From contig JAZNYH010000076.1 in NCBI GenBank assembly GCA_045594305.1, positions 1 to 51,818 of the forward strand: a stretch of 51,818 nt of DNA, read 5' to 3'. Numbering within the stretch: the first letter of the stretch is position 1; the number at the start of each line of letters is the position of its first letter. Of the stretch, positions 36,282 through 46,569 are shown in pieces. Below the pieces are notes generated by a model. It had not been told where the DNA came from, did not search any database, and saw only the letters and a list, made by a program, of their open reading frames with translations. Made by a program: the position numbers and the translations under genes. The DNA comes from Eubacteriales bacterium. GTDB lineage: Bacteria; Bacillota; Clostridia; Oscillospirales; CAG-272.

Positions 36282-38564
36282 ATGAATAGCTATATAGATA
36301 AATTTTACGACTATCGCTGGGGAGTTTTCAACCACTTCATAAGCGTAATTCAAAATAATCCAAGCCTACCAAACAGCTATGGCAAATGCACCTCTTGGGA
36401 TGAGCTTATCGACGGCTTCGATGTGAAAAAGCTCGCACGAGCACTAAATGAAATAGGGGCAAAATACTATGTTATAACCGTTATGCAGGGCACAGAGTTT
36501 ATGCTCGCTCCAAACGCTACCTTTGATAAAATCGCAGGCACTAAGCCGGGCGAGGCGTGTAGCACCCGTGACCTTATAATGGAGCTTGCAGACGCTCTCG
36601 ATAGATACAATATCGACCTTTTCCTCTACTTTACAGGCGACGGACCATACAAAAACGAGAAAATCGGAGCAAAATTCGGCTTTATTGAGCCACGCTCAGA
36701 CGGAGTAACAATGGAATTTGTTAAGCGTTGGGCAAGCGTGCTTGAGGAGTATTCTCTAAGATATGGCGACAAGATAAAGGGCTGGTGGGTTGACGGCTGT
36801 TACCGTGACCACTTCAAGTACACCGATGAGCTTTTAGAGCCACTTTACAAGGCGTGCAAGAGTGGAAATCCCGACGCAATAGTCGCTTTAAATGGTGGAG
36901 TTGGAAACAAATTCGAAATGAACTACCCCGACGAGGACTTCGTTTGTGGTGAGTTTAACACCCTTGATTGCTTGCCAAGGGAGAGATTTATAAACGGCAA
37001 GGCTCAGGCTCATATTCTCGCACCTCTTGGAACGGGAGATAGCGGAATAGGAGCAACATGGGGCTCGTTTGGACTTGGATACACCAAGGAATATATTGCA
37101 GACTACATACGCAGAGTTCACGACGCAGGTGGAGTTGTCACCCTTGATATAGGCGTTTATCGTGACGGAAGCCTCGATGAGGAGCAAATGTCTGCTCTAA
37201 AATATGTGGCAAAAAATATTTGGTTCTCACCCGAGGTCAAAATCGAAAACAGGGTAAGCATAAATTGTAATAGCGAGCTTGGTAAAATTAAGCCAATGCA
37301 CGCAGTAAATAACGGGCCCGTTGTTGCAGGAGCAGACCAAACAAGAGGCAACCAAAACGAGTATGCCGCAGCAAAAATCCCCTATGCAAGAACACACGAC
37401 GCAGGCTTTTTCTCGGGCTACGGCGGAGAGCATACAGTAGATGTTCAAGCTATTTTCCCACGCTTTGAGGCTGATGAGAATGATCCTAATAGCTACGACT
37501 TTGCCTGCACCGACCACTATATGAAGCAAATCATACAATATGGAGCAAAGCCCTTTTATCGACTCGGCTCAAAGATAGAGCACGGCGTTAAGAAATACGG
37601 CACACTCCCCCCGCCCGATTTTGAAAAGTGGGCAAGAATTTGCGAGCATATTATAAGACACTATAACGAGGGCTGGGCAGACGGCTTCCATATGAACATT
37701 GAATATTGGGAAATATGGAACGAGCCAGACCTCGATGATGACGACAGCACAAATAAGCGTTGTTGGGGTGGAACCGAGAAGGAGTTCGCTCGCTTCTATT
37801 GTATCGCCTCAAAGCATCTTAAAAAATGCTTCCCACACCTTAAAATAGGTGGCCCTGCACTCGCTTGGAACGAGGATTGGTTAAAGAGATTTTTCGCTAA
37901 TATCGAGGATGAGATGCCACCTATGGACTTTCTCTCGTGGCATTGGTACGGCACAAATCCTCGCCATATGTCGCAAAAGGGCTCAAATATAAGAAAAATA
38001 GCACGAAAAATGGGCTATGGCGATGCCGAAAGCATACTTAACGAATGGAATTATGTTCGTGGATGGAGCGAGGATTTTGTTTACTCAATCGAGCAAATTA
38101 TCGGCATAAAGGGAGCAGCGTTTACCTCTGCGTGCATGGCGTGTGGACAAAGCAACCCCGATATTGATATGCTTATGTACTACGACGCACGCCCAACAGG
38201 CTTTAACGGCTTGTTTGATATGTATACCTATCGCCCATTAAAGGGCTATTATCCCTTCCTTATTTATTCAAGGCTCTTTGAGCTTGGCACTCAAATAGAG
38301 GCAACCTCAACAAATGATGATGTCTATGTCGTATCAGCCAAAAACGGCGACAGGGTAGGGGCAATGATAACCTACTTTGCCGAGGACGACAACAAGGGAG
38401 CGATTAAGGTTGATATCGACCTTGGCGATTTTGATATGTCGGGAGCAAGAATTTTTGTTGTCGACAAAAATAGAACAATGGAGCAGGATTTTGTAAACCA
38501 CTTTGACGGTGGCAAAGTGAGTATAAGAATGGAGAGAAACACGGTGCTCTATATCGAAAAATGA
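36282..38564 (+). CDS. Fusion of a GH29-like N-terminal domain and a GH39-like C-terminal domain
   Basis: WGVFNHF, GAKY, RDLI.EL..A, GWWVDG (GH29-like); ARTHD, YWEIWNEPD, GGPA, DFLSWHWY, LNEWN (GH39-like). Confidence 0.75.
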   Translation: MNSYIDKFYDYRWGVFNHFISVIQNNPSLPNSYGKCTSWDELIDGFDVKKLARALNEIGAKYYVITVMQGTEFMLAPNATFDKIAGTKPGEACSTRDLIMELADALDRYNIDLFLYFTGDGPYKNEKIGAKFGFIEPRSDGVTMEFVKRWASVLEEYSLRYGDKIKGWWVDGCYRDHFKYTDELLEPLYKACKSGNPDAIVALNGGVGNKFEMNYPDEDFVCGEFNTLDCLPRERFINGKAQAHILAPLGTGDSGIGATWGSFGLGYTKEYIADYIRRVHDAGGVVTLDIGVYRDGSLDEEQMSALKYVAKNIWFSPEVKIENRVSINCNSELGKIKPMHAVNNGPVVAGADQTRGNQNEYAAAKIPYARTHDAGFFSGYGGEHTVDVQAIFPRFEADENDPNSYDFACTDHYMKQIIQYGAKPFYRLGSKIEHGVKKYGTLPPPDFEKWARICEHIIRHYNEGWADGFHMNIEYWEIWNEPDLDDDDSTNKRCWGGTEKEFARFYCIASKHLKKCFPHLKIGGPALAWNEDWLKRFFANIEDEMPPMDFLSWHWYGTNPRHMSQKGSNIRKIARKMGYGDAESILNEWNYVRGWSEDFVYSIEQIIGIKGAAFTSACMACGQSNPDIDMLMYYDARPTGFNGLFDMYTYRPLKGYYPFLIYSRLFELGTQIEATSTNDDVYVVSAKNGDRVGAMITYFAEDDNKGAIKVDIDLGDFDMSGARIFVVDKNRTMEQDFVNHFDGGKVSIRMERNTVLYIEK

Positions 38565-38590
38565 GCCACTCTGTGTGAAAAAATGAGATT

Positions 38591-39988
38591 ATGAAAAGAT
38601 TTTTGTGTATTTTAATGTCAATGCTTTTGCTTCTTTCAACGCTTTGCCTGTTCTCCTGCGAAAAGGAAGAGGACGGTGATGACACCTCATCAAGCACCTC
38701 GACAAGTAGCAGTAGCTCTTCAAGTAGCAGTAGCGTTTCGAGCAAGGAAGAAAAAGAGGACCCTGCCGATGTAGTCAACCCCGACGAGCCAGAGGCTAAG
38801 GAGCTTGAAATAATTTCACAGCAGGGAGCAAGCGAGTATGTAATCGTTTGCGACACCTCAAACGAAAGAGACCACGCCCTTGCAAAGGATATTAAGGAGC
38901 TTTTTTCAAATAAATATAGCACAAGCCTTGAAATCGTAGATAAGGCAGACAGATACGAGAGCGACAAGGAGCTTATCATAGGAAAAATTGGTGAAGAGGG
39001 CGAGGGAGTGGTTAAAAAGCTATACACCTCAAACGATTTTGCTATCTATGAGTGGGGCGATGATGTCGTTTTCTATGCAACAAGCGAATACCTTTATGAT
39101 TATTTGCTTGTTATGACGGAAAAGATTTTCGATGGCGAGAGAACAACCTTTACAAGCAAGAATAACTTTATATACCACAAGTCAAGCTATAAGGGTACGC
39201 TCTTTGCACAGTATGTAAAGACCACACGCCCATCGGGTATTTTCGACCACGAGGGACTTTTGCAGGTGTTTGAGCCAAAGTCAATTGAGGCAACCGACGG
39301 CACAAGGCTAAATTATAGAATATATGTTCCATCAAGCTACGATCCCGAAAACGATTACCCTGTGGTGCTTTTCCTACACGGAGCAGGCGAGCGTGGTAGT
39401 GATAATGCAAGGCAGCTTTTAAATATGCTACCATTCCTTTTCTCATTAAAGGATAACCCCTATCACGAGGCAATTGTGATAGCCCCTCAATGCCCAGGCG
39501 GACAGCAATGGGTGGATACTCCGTGGGGAAATGGAAATTATAGCACCGAGACAGTAAAGGAAAGCAACGAATTAAAGGCGGTTGTGGAGCTTATTAATAA
39601 GGTGGGCGAGGATTTCTCCACGGACAAGAGCAGATACTACGCAATGGGAATATCAATGGGTGGCTTTGGCACTTGGGATATAATTATGCGTCATACCGAA
39701 ATGTTTGCAGGAGCAATGCCTCTTTGTGGTGGAGCAGATCCACAAATGGCAAGCAAGCTTGTAGGCTTCCCAATTTGGACCTTCCACGATATGGGAGATA
39801 CAACAGTTCCAGCAAAGGGAACTAAGGAAATGGCAGACGCTATAAAGCAGGCGTGCAAGGACGCAGGCGTTAGCGAAAGCATAACCTACACACAGCTATC
39901 GGGCTATGGACACATAATTTGGAATCAGGTCGGCAAAACCTCAGCCTACTCAAAATGGCTCTTTGAGCAAAAAAGGGTAATTGAATAA
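38591..39988 (+). CDS. Lipoprotein with Ser-rich linker and C-terminal alpha/beta-hydrolase (esterase-like) domain
   Basis: Lipobox LFSC; FLHGAGERG, APQCP, GISMGG, FH..GD.TVP, GH. Confidence 0.82.
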   Translation: MKRFLCILMSMLLLLSTLCLFSCEKEEDGDDTSSSTSTSSSSSSSSSSVSSKEEKEDPADVVNPDEPEAKELEIISQQGASEYVIVCDTSNERDHALAKDIKELFSNKYSTSLEIVDKADRYESDKELIIGKIGEEGEGVVKKLYTSNDFAIYEWGDDVVFYATSEYLYDYLLVMTEKIFDGERTTFTSKNNFIYHKSSYKGTLFAQYVKTTRPSGIFDHEGLLQVFEPKSIEATDGTRLNYRIYVPSSYDPENDYPVVLFLHGAGERGSDNARQLLNMLPFLFSLKDNPYHEAIVIAPQCPGGQQWVDTPWGNGNYSTETVKESNELKAVVELINKVGEDFSTDKSRYYAMGISMGGFGTWDIIMRHTEMFAGAMPLCGGADPQMASKLVGFPIWTFHDMGDTTVPAKGTKEMADAIKQACKDAGVSESITYTQLSGYGHIIWNQVGKTSAYSKWLFEQKRVIE

Positions 39989-39989
39989 G

Positions 39990-40044
39990 AAAAAAGCACC
40001 TCGAATGAGAACTAAATAGGGCTCGCTTCAATGAGGTGCTTTTT
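39990..40044 (+). terminator. Terminator-like inverted repeat with a long loop
   Basis: AAAAAGCACCTC...GAGGTGCTTTTT. Confidence 0.6.
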
Positions 40045-40124
40045 AAATATTACTTGATATGTTGCTATAAGTATGTTACAATATAGTTAAATAAGGTTAG
40101 GGCAACGCCCAAAAGGAGAAAAAT

Positions 40125-41975
40125 ATGAGAACTAAAAAATCGCTCTTGGCACTGTTGATAGCTATACTAATGCTATTTAATGTGTGTCTTGTTAGCTGTA
40201 ACGAGGAAGAGGAGCCAAGTAGCTCTTCAAGCGTCGTAACAAGCTCATCAAGCTCATCAAGCAGTAGTAGCTCATCGAGTAGCTCAAAGGAAGACGACGA
40301 CAAGGAAGAAACACCAAAGGAGGCAACACAAAAGGAAATGGTAGATGAACTTTTGGTATCAAAGAAGAAAATATCATTTGACGAGGACGGTAATTTTAAG
40401 GCTCTTATTCTTGCCGATGTTCACGCATCGGGAACACTTCCTGCCAATGTTCAAGCTAACATTAAGACTCTTATCGACAGAGAAAATCCTCAGCTTGTAA
40501 TCTTTACAGGCGATAATGCAATTTGCTCAAATGAAACAACATTGCGTCAGGCAATCGACTCAATGGTCGGCTATATCGAGGAGAAGGAAATTCCTTGGTG
40601 CCATGTGTACGGCAACCACGACCACGAGGGCGGAATGAGCAAGGAAAGCATGCAGAAAATCTTTGAATCCTACGAGTATTGCGTTTCTAAGAGAGGCGAT
40701 ACAACAATTAGTGGCGTAGGAAACTATGTTTTGCCTGTATATAAGTACGATAGCGATGAGGTAGGCTTCCTTGTATGGTGTCTTGACTCGGGTAACTATA
40801 TTTCAGAGGGCGCAAAGGGAGCTCTTGGCGTATCAGCTAACCCATATGATCCATATTCAGGCTCAAGCTATGACTACATAAAGCCAAACCAAATAAGCTG
40901 GTACTACTCAACCTCTGTTCTCTTTGAGCAATACTTTGGAACAAAAATGAACTCAATTATGGCGTTCCACATTCCACTCCAAGAGAACCATTACGCTTGG
41001 GAAAATCGTGACAAGGCGACAAGCTGGGCAGGCTCACTTCAAGAAACAATTTGTGCATCTGCTATAAACTCAGGACTATTTGTAAATCTTGTAACCCGTG
41101 GCGATGTAAGAGCAGTTGTAACAGGACACGACCATAAAAACGACTATATGATAGAAACAGGTGGAATAAAGCTTTGCTCATCACCAAATGTCAGCACAAC
41201 CACCTACCACGATACAGCTCAGCAGGGAGCAAGAGTATTTCAGGTAACGGAAAAGAACCCACGCACGGTTAAGACCTATGTAAACTACCTTATCGAGCGT
41301 GAAAATGTAGATCCCGATGATTACGAGGAGATTGCAACAGGCACAACCATTTCAAGCTTTGAGAGCGAAACCGAGGTAAACTCATACTTCTACGAAACAT
41401 CAAACACCGATAACACCCATGTAGCAGAGATAGCAGAGGGCAAGGGAGTTGATGGAACAGACGCCTTGATGGTTGGAAGAACCACCTTTGCAGGAGCGTA
41501 TAATGTTGATAACACCGCAGTTATTTGGAAGCTTGATACACCGGGCATGCTTGGTGATAATAAGTACCTAATCGTTTGGCTTGACTTCACAGGACAAAAC
41601 GCAGAGGCAGTAAACTTCCGTAAGGCTTGCTTTGGACTTATGGTAGCAGGAAGCAATAGCCCATATAGAACTGATGACAAGGACGAGCCAACACCCTTTT
41701 ACTACTTGGCAGACGGAAGCACCACATGGCAAGAAATGTCACACGGAAGTGACGGATGCTTTGGAGCAGACCAAGGCTCATCTATAAGTGGCAAGAAGGG
41801 CTATTTTGCATTCCCAATAGATAATATGCTCCAAGGAAGCATAGCCCTTACAGGCACCTCTATAATTTCGGGCGTTTATATGTACTATACCTACGCCTAT
41901 GGCACGCAAAATTGTAGCAAGTTCTACATTGATGATGTTAGACTCGTAGAGGATTATACTACATTTACAAAATAA
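40125..41975 (+). CDS. Lipoprotein metallophosphoesterase (Dcr2-like) with Ser-rich linker and C-terminal accessory domain
   Basis: Lipobox LVSC; D.H, TGD, GNHD, FHIP, GHDH.ND calcineurin-like motifs. Confidence 0.85.
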   Translation: MRTKKSLLALLIAILMLFNVCLVSCNEEEEPSSSSSVVTSSSSSSSSSSSSSSSKEDDDKEETPKEATQKEMVDELLVSKKKISFDEDGNFKALILADVHASGTLPANVQANIKTLIDRENPQLVIFTGDNAICSNETTLRQAIDSMVGYIEEKEIPWCHVYGNHDHEGGMSKESMQKIFESYEYCVSKRGDTTISGVGNYVLPVYKYDSDEVGFLVWCLDSGNYISEGAKGALGVSANPYDPYSGSSYDYIKPNQISWYYSTSVLFEQYFGTKMNSIMAFHIPLQENHYAWENRDKATSWAGSLQETICASAINSGLFVNLVTRGDVRAVVTGHDHKNDYMIETGGIKLCSSPNVSTTTYHDTAQQGARVFQVTEKNPRTVKTYVNYLIERENVDPDDYEEIATGTTISSFESETEVNSYFYETSNTDNTHVAEIAEGKGVDGTDALMVGRTTFAGAYNVDNTAVIWKLDTPGMLGDNKYLIVWLDFTGQNAEAVNFRKACFGLMVAGSNSPYRTDDKDEPTPFYYLADGSTTWQEMSHGSDGCFGADQGSSISGKKGYFAFPIDNMLQGSIALTGTSIISGVYMYYTYAYGTQNCSKFYIDDVRLVEDYTTFTK

Positions 41976-41978
41976 GCT

Positions 41979-42007
41979 AAAAGGGAAGCGATTTGCTTCC
42001 CTTTTTA
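41979..42007. terminator. Bidirectional terminator between convergent genes
   Basis: AAAAGGGAAGC-GATTT-GCTTCCCTTTT. Confidence 0.85.
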
Positions 42008-43993
42008 TTTTAGTAGTGTTTGATTAGCCCTTATCCACACATAGCGTGAAAGACCACAATCGGGAGTGCGTGGAAAGCGAGGGGCAAGCGTGATTTTTAT
42101 CTCGTCGGAGCGAGAATGAAAGCCACCGCCATTTATCTCATCGGGAGAATAGATGGCGTAGCTAACGCCGTTTTTGTCAATCTTGGAAAAATTGGTCATA
42201 AAGCCGTTTTTCGCACGCAATAGATGCTCGTAGCTTCCACTTAGCTCATACATAAGAAAGTCAGCCTCTGCACGCCAAATGCTCCAAGCGTGACCTGCAC
42301 AAATGGCAGGACCGTCAGCGTCACCCTCCCACTGTGTCTCCCACCAGCGAAGCGTTGAGCCGTGCATTTGACAAATGGGAGCTTTTATAATCCAAGCATT
42401 ATGAATATCTAAAATCTCCTTTGCCTTTGTGATATAATCCTCACAAAAACGAACATTTTTACAATAGTATAAAAGAGAAAGAGCCGTGCAAGAGATAGAG
42501 CCGTCCTCCATTTCAGCCTCTGCAAGAGATGAGACGCACCCCTCGGTTGGAAAGCAAAGCCCACGCTTATATAAATGCGACGCAAGGGCAGAGGCACGCT
42601 CTAAGTAAAGCGAGGAGCGAGAGGGGTCCTTGTCATCGAGGAATAGAGCCATGTCAACAAGAGGTATCATAGGAGAGCATACGGTAGAGTAGTCATCAAC
42701 TGAGCCGTTTTTCCAATCGATAAAGATACGCCCGTCCTTGCCTTGATAATTATTAATTAGACAATCTGTTGCCCCTATGGCGTATTCATAATAAAGGGGA
42801 TTTTTAAAGTATTTGTATGCATCAAGAAGAATAGTGATGCCAAAGAAAAGCTCCTGCACACGGCAAGACTTGAATACATTGTACGCACCAAAGCCGTCGT
42901 GTGGCTCACGCATAATAGTAATTCTTGGGGTTGCACGCTCAATGCTTGGCTCGGTTATTATGTCGAGAAGAGACCTTACCTTGTCCTCGTAGCACCTACG
43001 CTCGCTCTCGCTTAGCGTATCGCCAAAGCGAATAAGATATCGTAGCATTGCACTTGACCAGCATTGATGCTCACAAAGGTTGGAATCGGTATGGTTTTTT
43101 ATGATTTCAAGGCTCACTGTATCCATAGAACGCTTGTAGAGGCGTAGTAAATCATCGTAGGCGTAAAGCGTAGCATCAGCACCACGCACACCCTTGCACA
43201 TAGGAATCAAACGCACCTCGCCCTCGTGTGTAAGCGTGTAGGTCGAGGAAAAATCAAGCACTCGCTGTCCGTTTGCACTTACCTCTAAAAGAGAGTCTAT
43301 TTCGCCATATGGAGTAAGAGTGATGTCTTCGCCTATTTTGCCACCACCAAGGTCATAGTCGATAAAGGGAACGCCATAAAGCTTGCTTAATAGAAAAAGA
43401 GCATTGTCAAAGCCACTACACGGCAAAATAGCCACACGCAAGGACCTTTTTGTGCTACCCGTGCCAAAGGCCTTATCAAGCGAGGCGAATAGCCTCAGGC
43501 TTATAAAATAATGTCCAAAGGAGTAAGGGGAGTAGTCCATCTTCCACCCGTCCCCCTCACTAAGCACAGCGACAATTATGTCGTTTCCGCTTGGGCTTGA
43601 AAGATATGAATATATGATTTTTCTATCTTGGGAAATATAGGGTGAGTTAAAGAGCAATTGGTTATCCCATTTTCCGCCCCTCTTACCCATAAAATCAAAG
43701 GGCAAAACGAGTCCAAGCTCGCTTAGATTTTCTCCCCTGCTTGAAAGGTCAAAACAAAGCCCTTCGCCAATAGTGGACACGCAAAGGGTGGAGAGCGTGT
43801 CGTTAAAGCAGAGAGTGCTATCACTCAGGCTTGCCTTGTCCTCACGGTCAAGATATGGAGTGCAACAGGGCTTTTCCCCCGTGGTTATATCATCACTTAA
43901 AAGCGTGTAGCAAACGCTTGGTACACTAAGAATAGGCAAATCTGTGCCTCTGCGTGTGTCAAAAACACACCCGTTTTCGAAAATAAGAGCCAT
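42005..43993 (-). CDS. Large hypothetical protein, possibly with an alpha/alpha-barrel carbohydrate-active C-terminal half
   Basis: GGAG RBS before ATG 43993; long clean ORF; helical, Trp/acid-rich C-terminal half. Confidence 0.7.
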   Translation of the reverse strand: MALIFENGCVFDTRRGTDLPILSVPSVCYTLLSDDITTGEKPCCTPYLDREDKASLSDSTLCFNDTLSTLCVSTIGEGLCFDLSSRGENLSELGLVLPFDFMGKRGGKWDNQLLFNSPYISQDRKIIYSYLSSPSGNDIIVAVLSEGDGWKMDYSPYSFGHYFISLRLFASLDKAFGTGSTKRSLRVAILPCSGFDNALFLLSKLYGVPFIDYDLGGGKIGEDITLTPYGEIDSLLEVSANGQRVLDFSSTYTLTHEGEVRLIPMCKGVRGADATLYAYDDLLRLYKRSMDTVSLEIIKNHTDSNLCEHQCWSSAMLRYLIRFGDTLSESERRCYEDKVRSLLDIITEPSIERATPRITIMREPHDGFGAYNVFKSCRVQELFFGITILLDAYKYFKNPLYYEYAIGATDCLINNYQGKDGRIFIDWKNGSVDDYSTVCSPMIPLVDMALFLDDKDPSRSSLYLERASALASHLYKRGLCFPTEGCVSSLAEAEMEDGSISCTALSLLYYCKNVRFCEDYITKAKEILDIHNAWIIKAPICQMHGSTLRWWETQWEGDADGPAICAGHAWSIWRAEADFLMYELSGSYEHLLRAKNGFMTNFSKIDKNGVSYAIYSPDEINGGGFHSRSDEIKITLAPRFPRTPDCGLSRYVWIRANQTLLK

Positions 43994-44127
43994 TTTTTCT
44001 CCTTGCGTATAGCGGTAATGTATAAATAAATTATAGCATTTATGTAAATGCTTGTCAAGAATACTTGACAAGTCGAGGGGCGTGGTATAAAATTAAAGCA
44101 TAGGATAAAAAGTAAAGCGAGAGAAAA

Positions 44128-44808
44128 ATGAAAATAATGACCTTTAACACTCAGCATTGCCTTGATTATAAGGCGGGAGTGGTTGACTATGAGCTTATGG
44201 CAAGAACCATAAGGGGCGAGGGGGCAGAGCTTGTTGCCCTTAATGAAATGTTTAATGGTGGCAAATTTTGCGAGCAGACAAGGGAGCTTAGCACCCTTAC
44301 AGGATTAAAGCACCATTACTTTGCACAGGCAATAATTGACCGTGATGGACCATACGGAAACGGGCTTTTGTCAAGCGTGCCCTTTAAGAGCGTGGAAACA
44401 ATAATAATCCCAGACCCTTCTCCAAAAAGAGAGGGTGGCTGGTATGAAACAAGATGCCTTTTGAAGGCAAGACTTGAAAATGGACTCTTGGTGCTTGTCA
44501 CACACTTTGGCTTAGAGCCTGATGAGCAAAGGAATGCAGTTAAAGCCGTGCTTGAACACATAGAGCCAACGATGTGTGTTTTAATGGGCGATTTTAATAT
44601 CACGCCAGATAATGCTCTGCTCGATAAAATCCGTGAAAAAATGGTCGATACGCTACACGGCACCGACCTTAAAAGCTGGCCGTCTGATGAGCCAAGGCTG
44701 AAAATCGACTATATATTCACAACCCCCGATATTAAGGTGATAAGAGCTGATATCCCACCAATTGTCGCATCTGACCACCGTCCACATATTGCAGAAATAC
44801 AGCTTTAA
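44128..44808 (+). CDS. Endonuclease/exonuclease/phosphatase family protein
   Basis: MTFN, LNE, YGN, TH, GDFN, IDYIF, SDH. Confidence 0.9.
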   Translation: MKIMTFNTQHCLDYKAGVVDYELMARTIRGEGAELVALNEMFNGGKFCEQTRELSTLTGLKHHYFAQAIIDRDGPYGNGLLSSVPFKSVETIIIPDPSPKREGGWYETRCLLKARLENGLLVLVTHFGLEPDEQRNAVKAVLEHIEPTMCVLMGDFNITPDNALLDKIREKMVDTLHGTDLKSWPSDEPRLKIDYIFTTPDIKVIRADIPPIVASDHRPHIAEIQL

Positions 44809-44814
44809 AAAGCA

Positions 44815-44841
44815 AAAAAGCAGACCAAGTGTCTGCTTTTT
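44815..44841. terminator. Intrinsic terminator
   Basis: AAAAAGCAGAC-CAAGT-GTCTGCTTTTT. Confidence 0.8.
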
Positions 44842-44898
44842 GTTTGTTTTGTGTGCTTTTTGTTTGTTTTGTTTTCTTTTTGCCTACTTTTTCTTCTA

Positions 44899-45636
44899 CT
44901 AAAGAAAAAGTAGGGGCTTCTTAGCGATTTGTGAATTGTTGCGAGGATATTTTTTAGGGGTGTTAGCCACCTTTCTTATAACGATAATTGAGCGATTTAA
45001 TACTTCGCTTCCGTCTGTGAGGGTATATTCGGTAACGCCTTCAAGCTCTGCACCGAGCAGAGAAAGAGCGCCTCTTGCCTCATCAAGCTCCTCGCTTGTA
45101 GTAAGGGCCTTCATAGCAATAAACGCACCGCCCACCTTAACAAGAGGCAGACAAAGCTCATAAAGAAGGTGAAGCCTACCAACGCCACGAGCAGTTACAA
45201 TATCGTATTTCTCACGATGAAGAGCATCCTGACCGAGCACCTCGGCACGAGCATTAGACACGCTGACATTGTCAAGCCCCAAAAGAGAGGCAGTGCCCTT
45301 TACATACTCAACCTTCTTAGTCACGCTATCAAGACCTAAAACGGACACATCAGGGCGTAAAATAGCCACAGGCAGGGACGGAAAGCCACCACCACAGCCG
45401 ACATCGACAACGCTTGCCCCCTTAGGAATAAAGGGAAGCACGGCAACCGAGTCAACAAGATGCTTTAAAATAACGCCGTCCTCATCTCTTATAGCGGTGA
45501 GGTTCATTTTGTCGTTAACGCTGAGCATATGTGAGCAAAGAGCCTCAAGGGTGGTTGCACCCTGCTCATCGATTGCGCCCCTTGTGGCATCATTCAAATC
45601 AGCCACATATAAGAGTTTTTTTGTAAAAGCAGACAT
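44899..45636 (-). CDS. rsmG: 16S rRNA m7G527 methyltransferase
   Basis: MNLTAI, KHLVDS, DVGCGGGFP, RAE, TP.KYPR. Confidence 0.93.
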   Translation of the reverse strand: MSAFTKKLLYVADLNDATRGAIDEQGATTLEALCSHMLSVNDKMNLTAIRDEDGVILKHLVDSVAVLPFIPKGASVVDVGCGGGFPSLPVAILRPDVSVLGLDSVTKKVEYVKGTASLLGLDNVSVSNARAEVLGQDALHREKYDIVTARGVGRLHLLYELCLPLVKVGGAFIAMKALTTSEELDEARGALSLLGAELEGVTEYTLTDGSEVLNRSIIVIRKVANTPKKYPRNNSQIAKKPLLFL

Positions 45637-45639
45637 AAT

Positions 45640-46569
45640 TTAATCCTTTGATTGGTTTTCTAAAATGGTTAAAAGAGCCTTAAAATTATCGGGTAGCTCA
45701 CACTCAAAGTGCATAAGCTCGCCTGTTTTTGGGTGAGGGAAGGAAAGCTCCTTGGCGTGTAGGCATTGCTCATCAAGATATTTTGCGTGCGTACGCTCAA
45801 ATTGAGTTTTTCCACCACCATAGGTCGTATCACCAATAATTGGGTGACCAATGTGCGAGGTGTGAACCCTTATTTGGTGAGTTCTGCCCGTTTCAAGATT
45901 CATTTTTGCGTAGGTAAAGCCGTTATACTCACGGATTACCTCGTAGTGCGTAATGGCATCTCTGCCACCTTGAATAACAGTCATTTTCTTTCTGTCAAGA
46001 GGGTGTCTTGCAATCGGGGCATCTATTGTGCCGTGACTCTCTTTTAATCGACCTGTGACAATGGCGTGATAGGTACGCTTTATTTGGTGGTCTTTAAGCA
46101 GAGAGGACAAAAATATGTGTGCCTCATCGGTCTTTGCGACAACCAAAAGACCACTTGTAAACTTGTCAATTCTATGAACAATACCGGGGCGAATAACACC
46201 ATTTATCCCCGATAGAGTGTCCTTACAATGGTATAAAAGGGCATTTACGAGCGTTCCACTCTCGTTTCCAACAGCAGGGTGGACAACCATACCCGAGGGC
46301 TTGTTTACAACAATAAGCTCGCTGTCCTCGTAGATAATGTCAAGGGGAATGTTTTCAGCCTCGGCACTAAGCTCTCTTTGAGGTAGCTCCTCAATTTCAA
46401 GCTCATCTCCTGCCTTAATGCGATAATTCTTTGGCTGTGGCTTGCCGTTTACTAAGACAAGCTCGCAATCTATAAGCACCTGTGCGTGCGAGCGAGAAAC
46501 GCCCGAATATTCACTTACAAACACATCAAGACGCTTTTTCTCATCATTGCTGGTCGCTATCATCGGCAC
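45640..46569 (-). CDS. rluD: RluA-family pseudouridine synthase with S4 domain (RluD-like)
   Basis: RLD, NKPSGMVVHP, RPGIVHRIDK.TSG, LETGRTHQIRVH. Confidence 0.88.
   Translation of the reverse strand: MPMIATSNDEKKRLDVFVSEYSGVSRSHAQVLIDCELVLVNGKPQPKNYRIKAGDELEIEELPQRELSAEAENIPLDIIYEDSELIVVNKPSGMVVHPAVGNESGTLVNALLYHCKDTLSGINGVIRPGIVHRIDKFTSGLLVVAKTDEAHIFLSSLLKDHQIKRTYHAIVTGRLKESHGTIDAPIARHPLDRKKMTVIQGGRDAITHYEVIREYNGFTYAKMNLETGRTHQIRVHTSHIGHPIIGDTTYGGGKTQFERTHAKYLDEQCLHAKELSFPHPKTGELMHFECELPDNFKALLTILENQSKD

Noticed and set aside
38404-39027. 207-aa antisense ORF, and similar ones such as 49675-50292
   Set aside because: Shadow frames of well-supported genes on the opposite strand, with no motifs of their own
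44835-44900. T-rich short duplication (GCTTTTTGTTTGTTTTGT x2) as a functional element
   Set aside because: Low complexity next to a terminator; no further support
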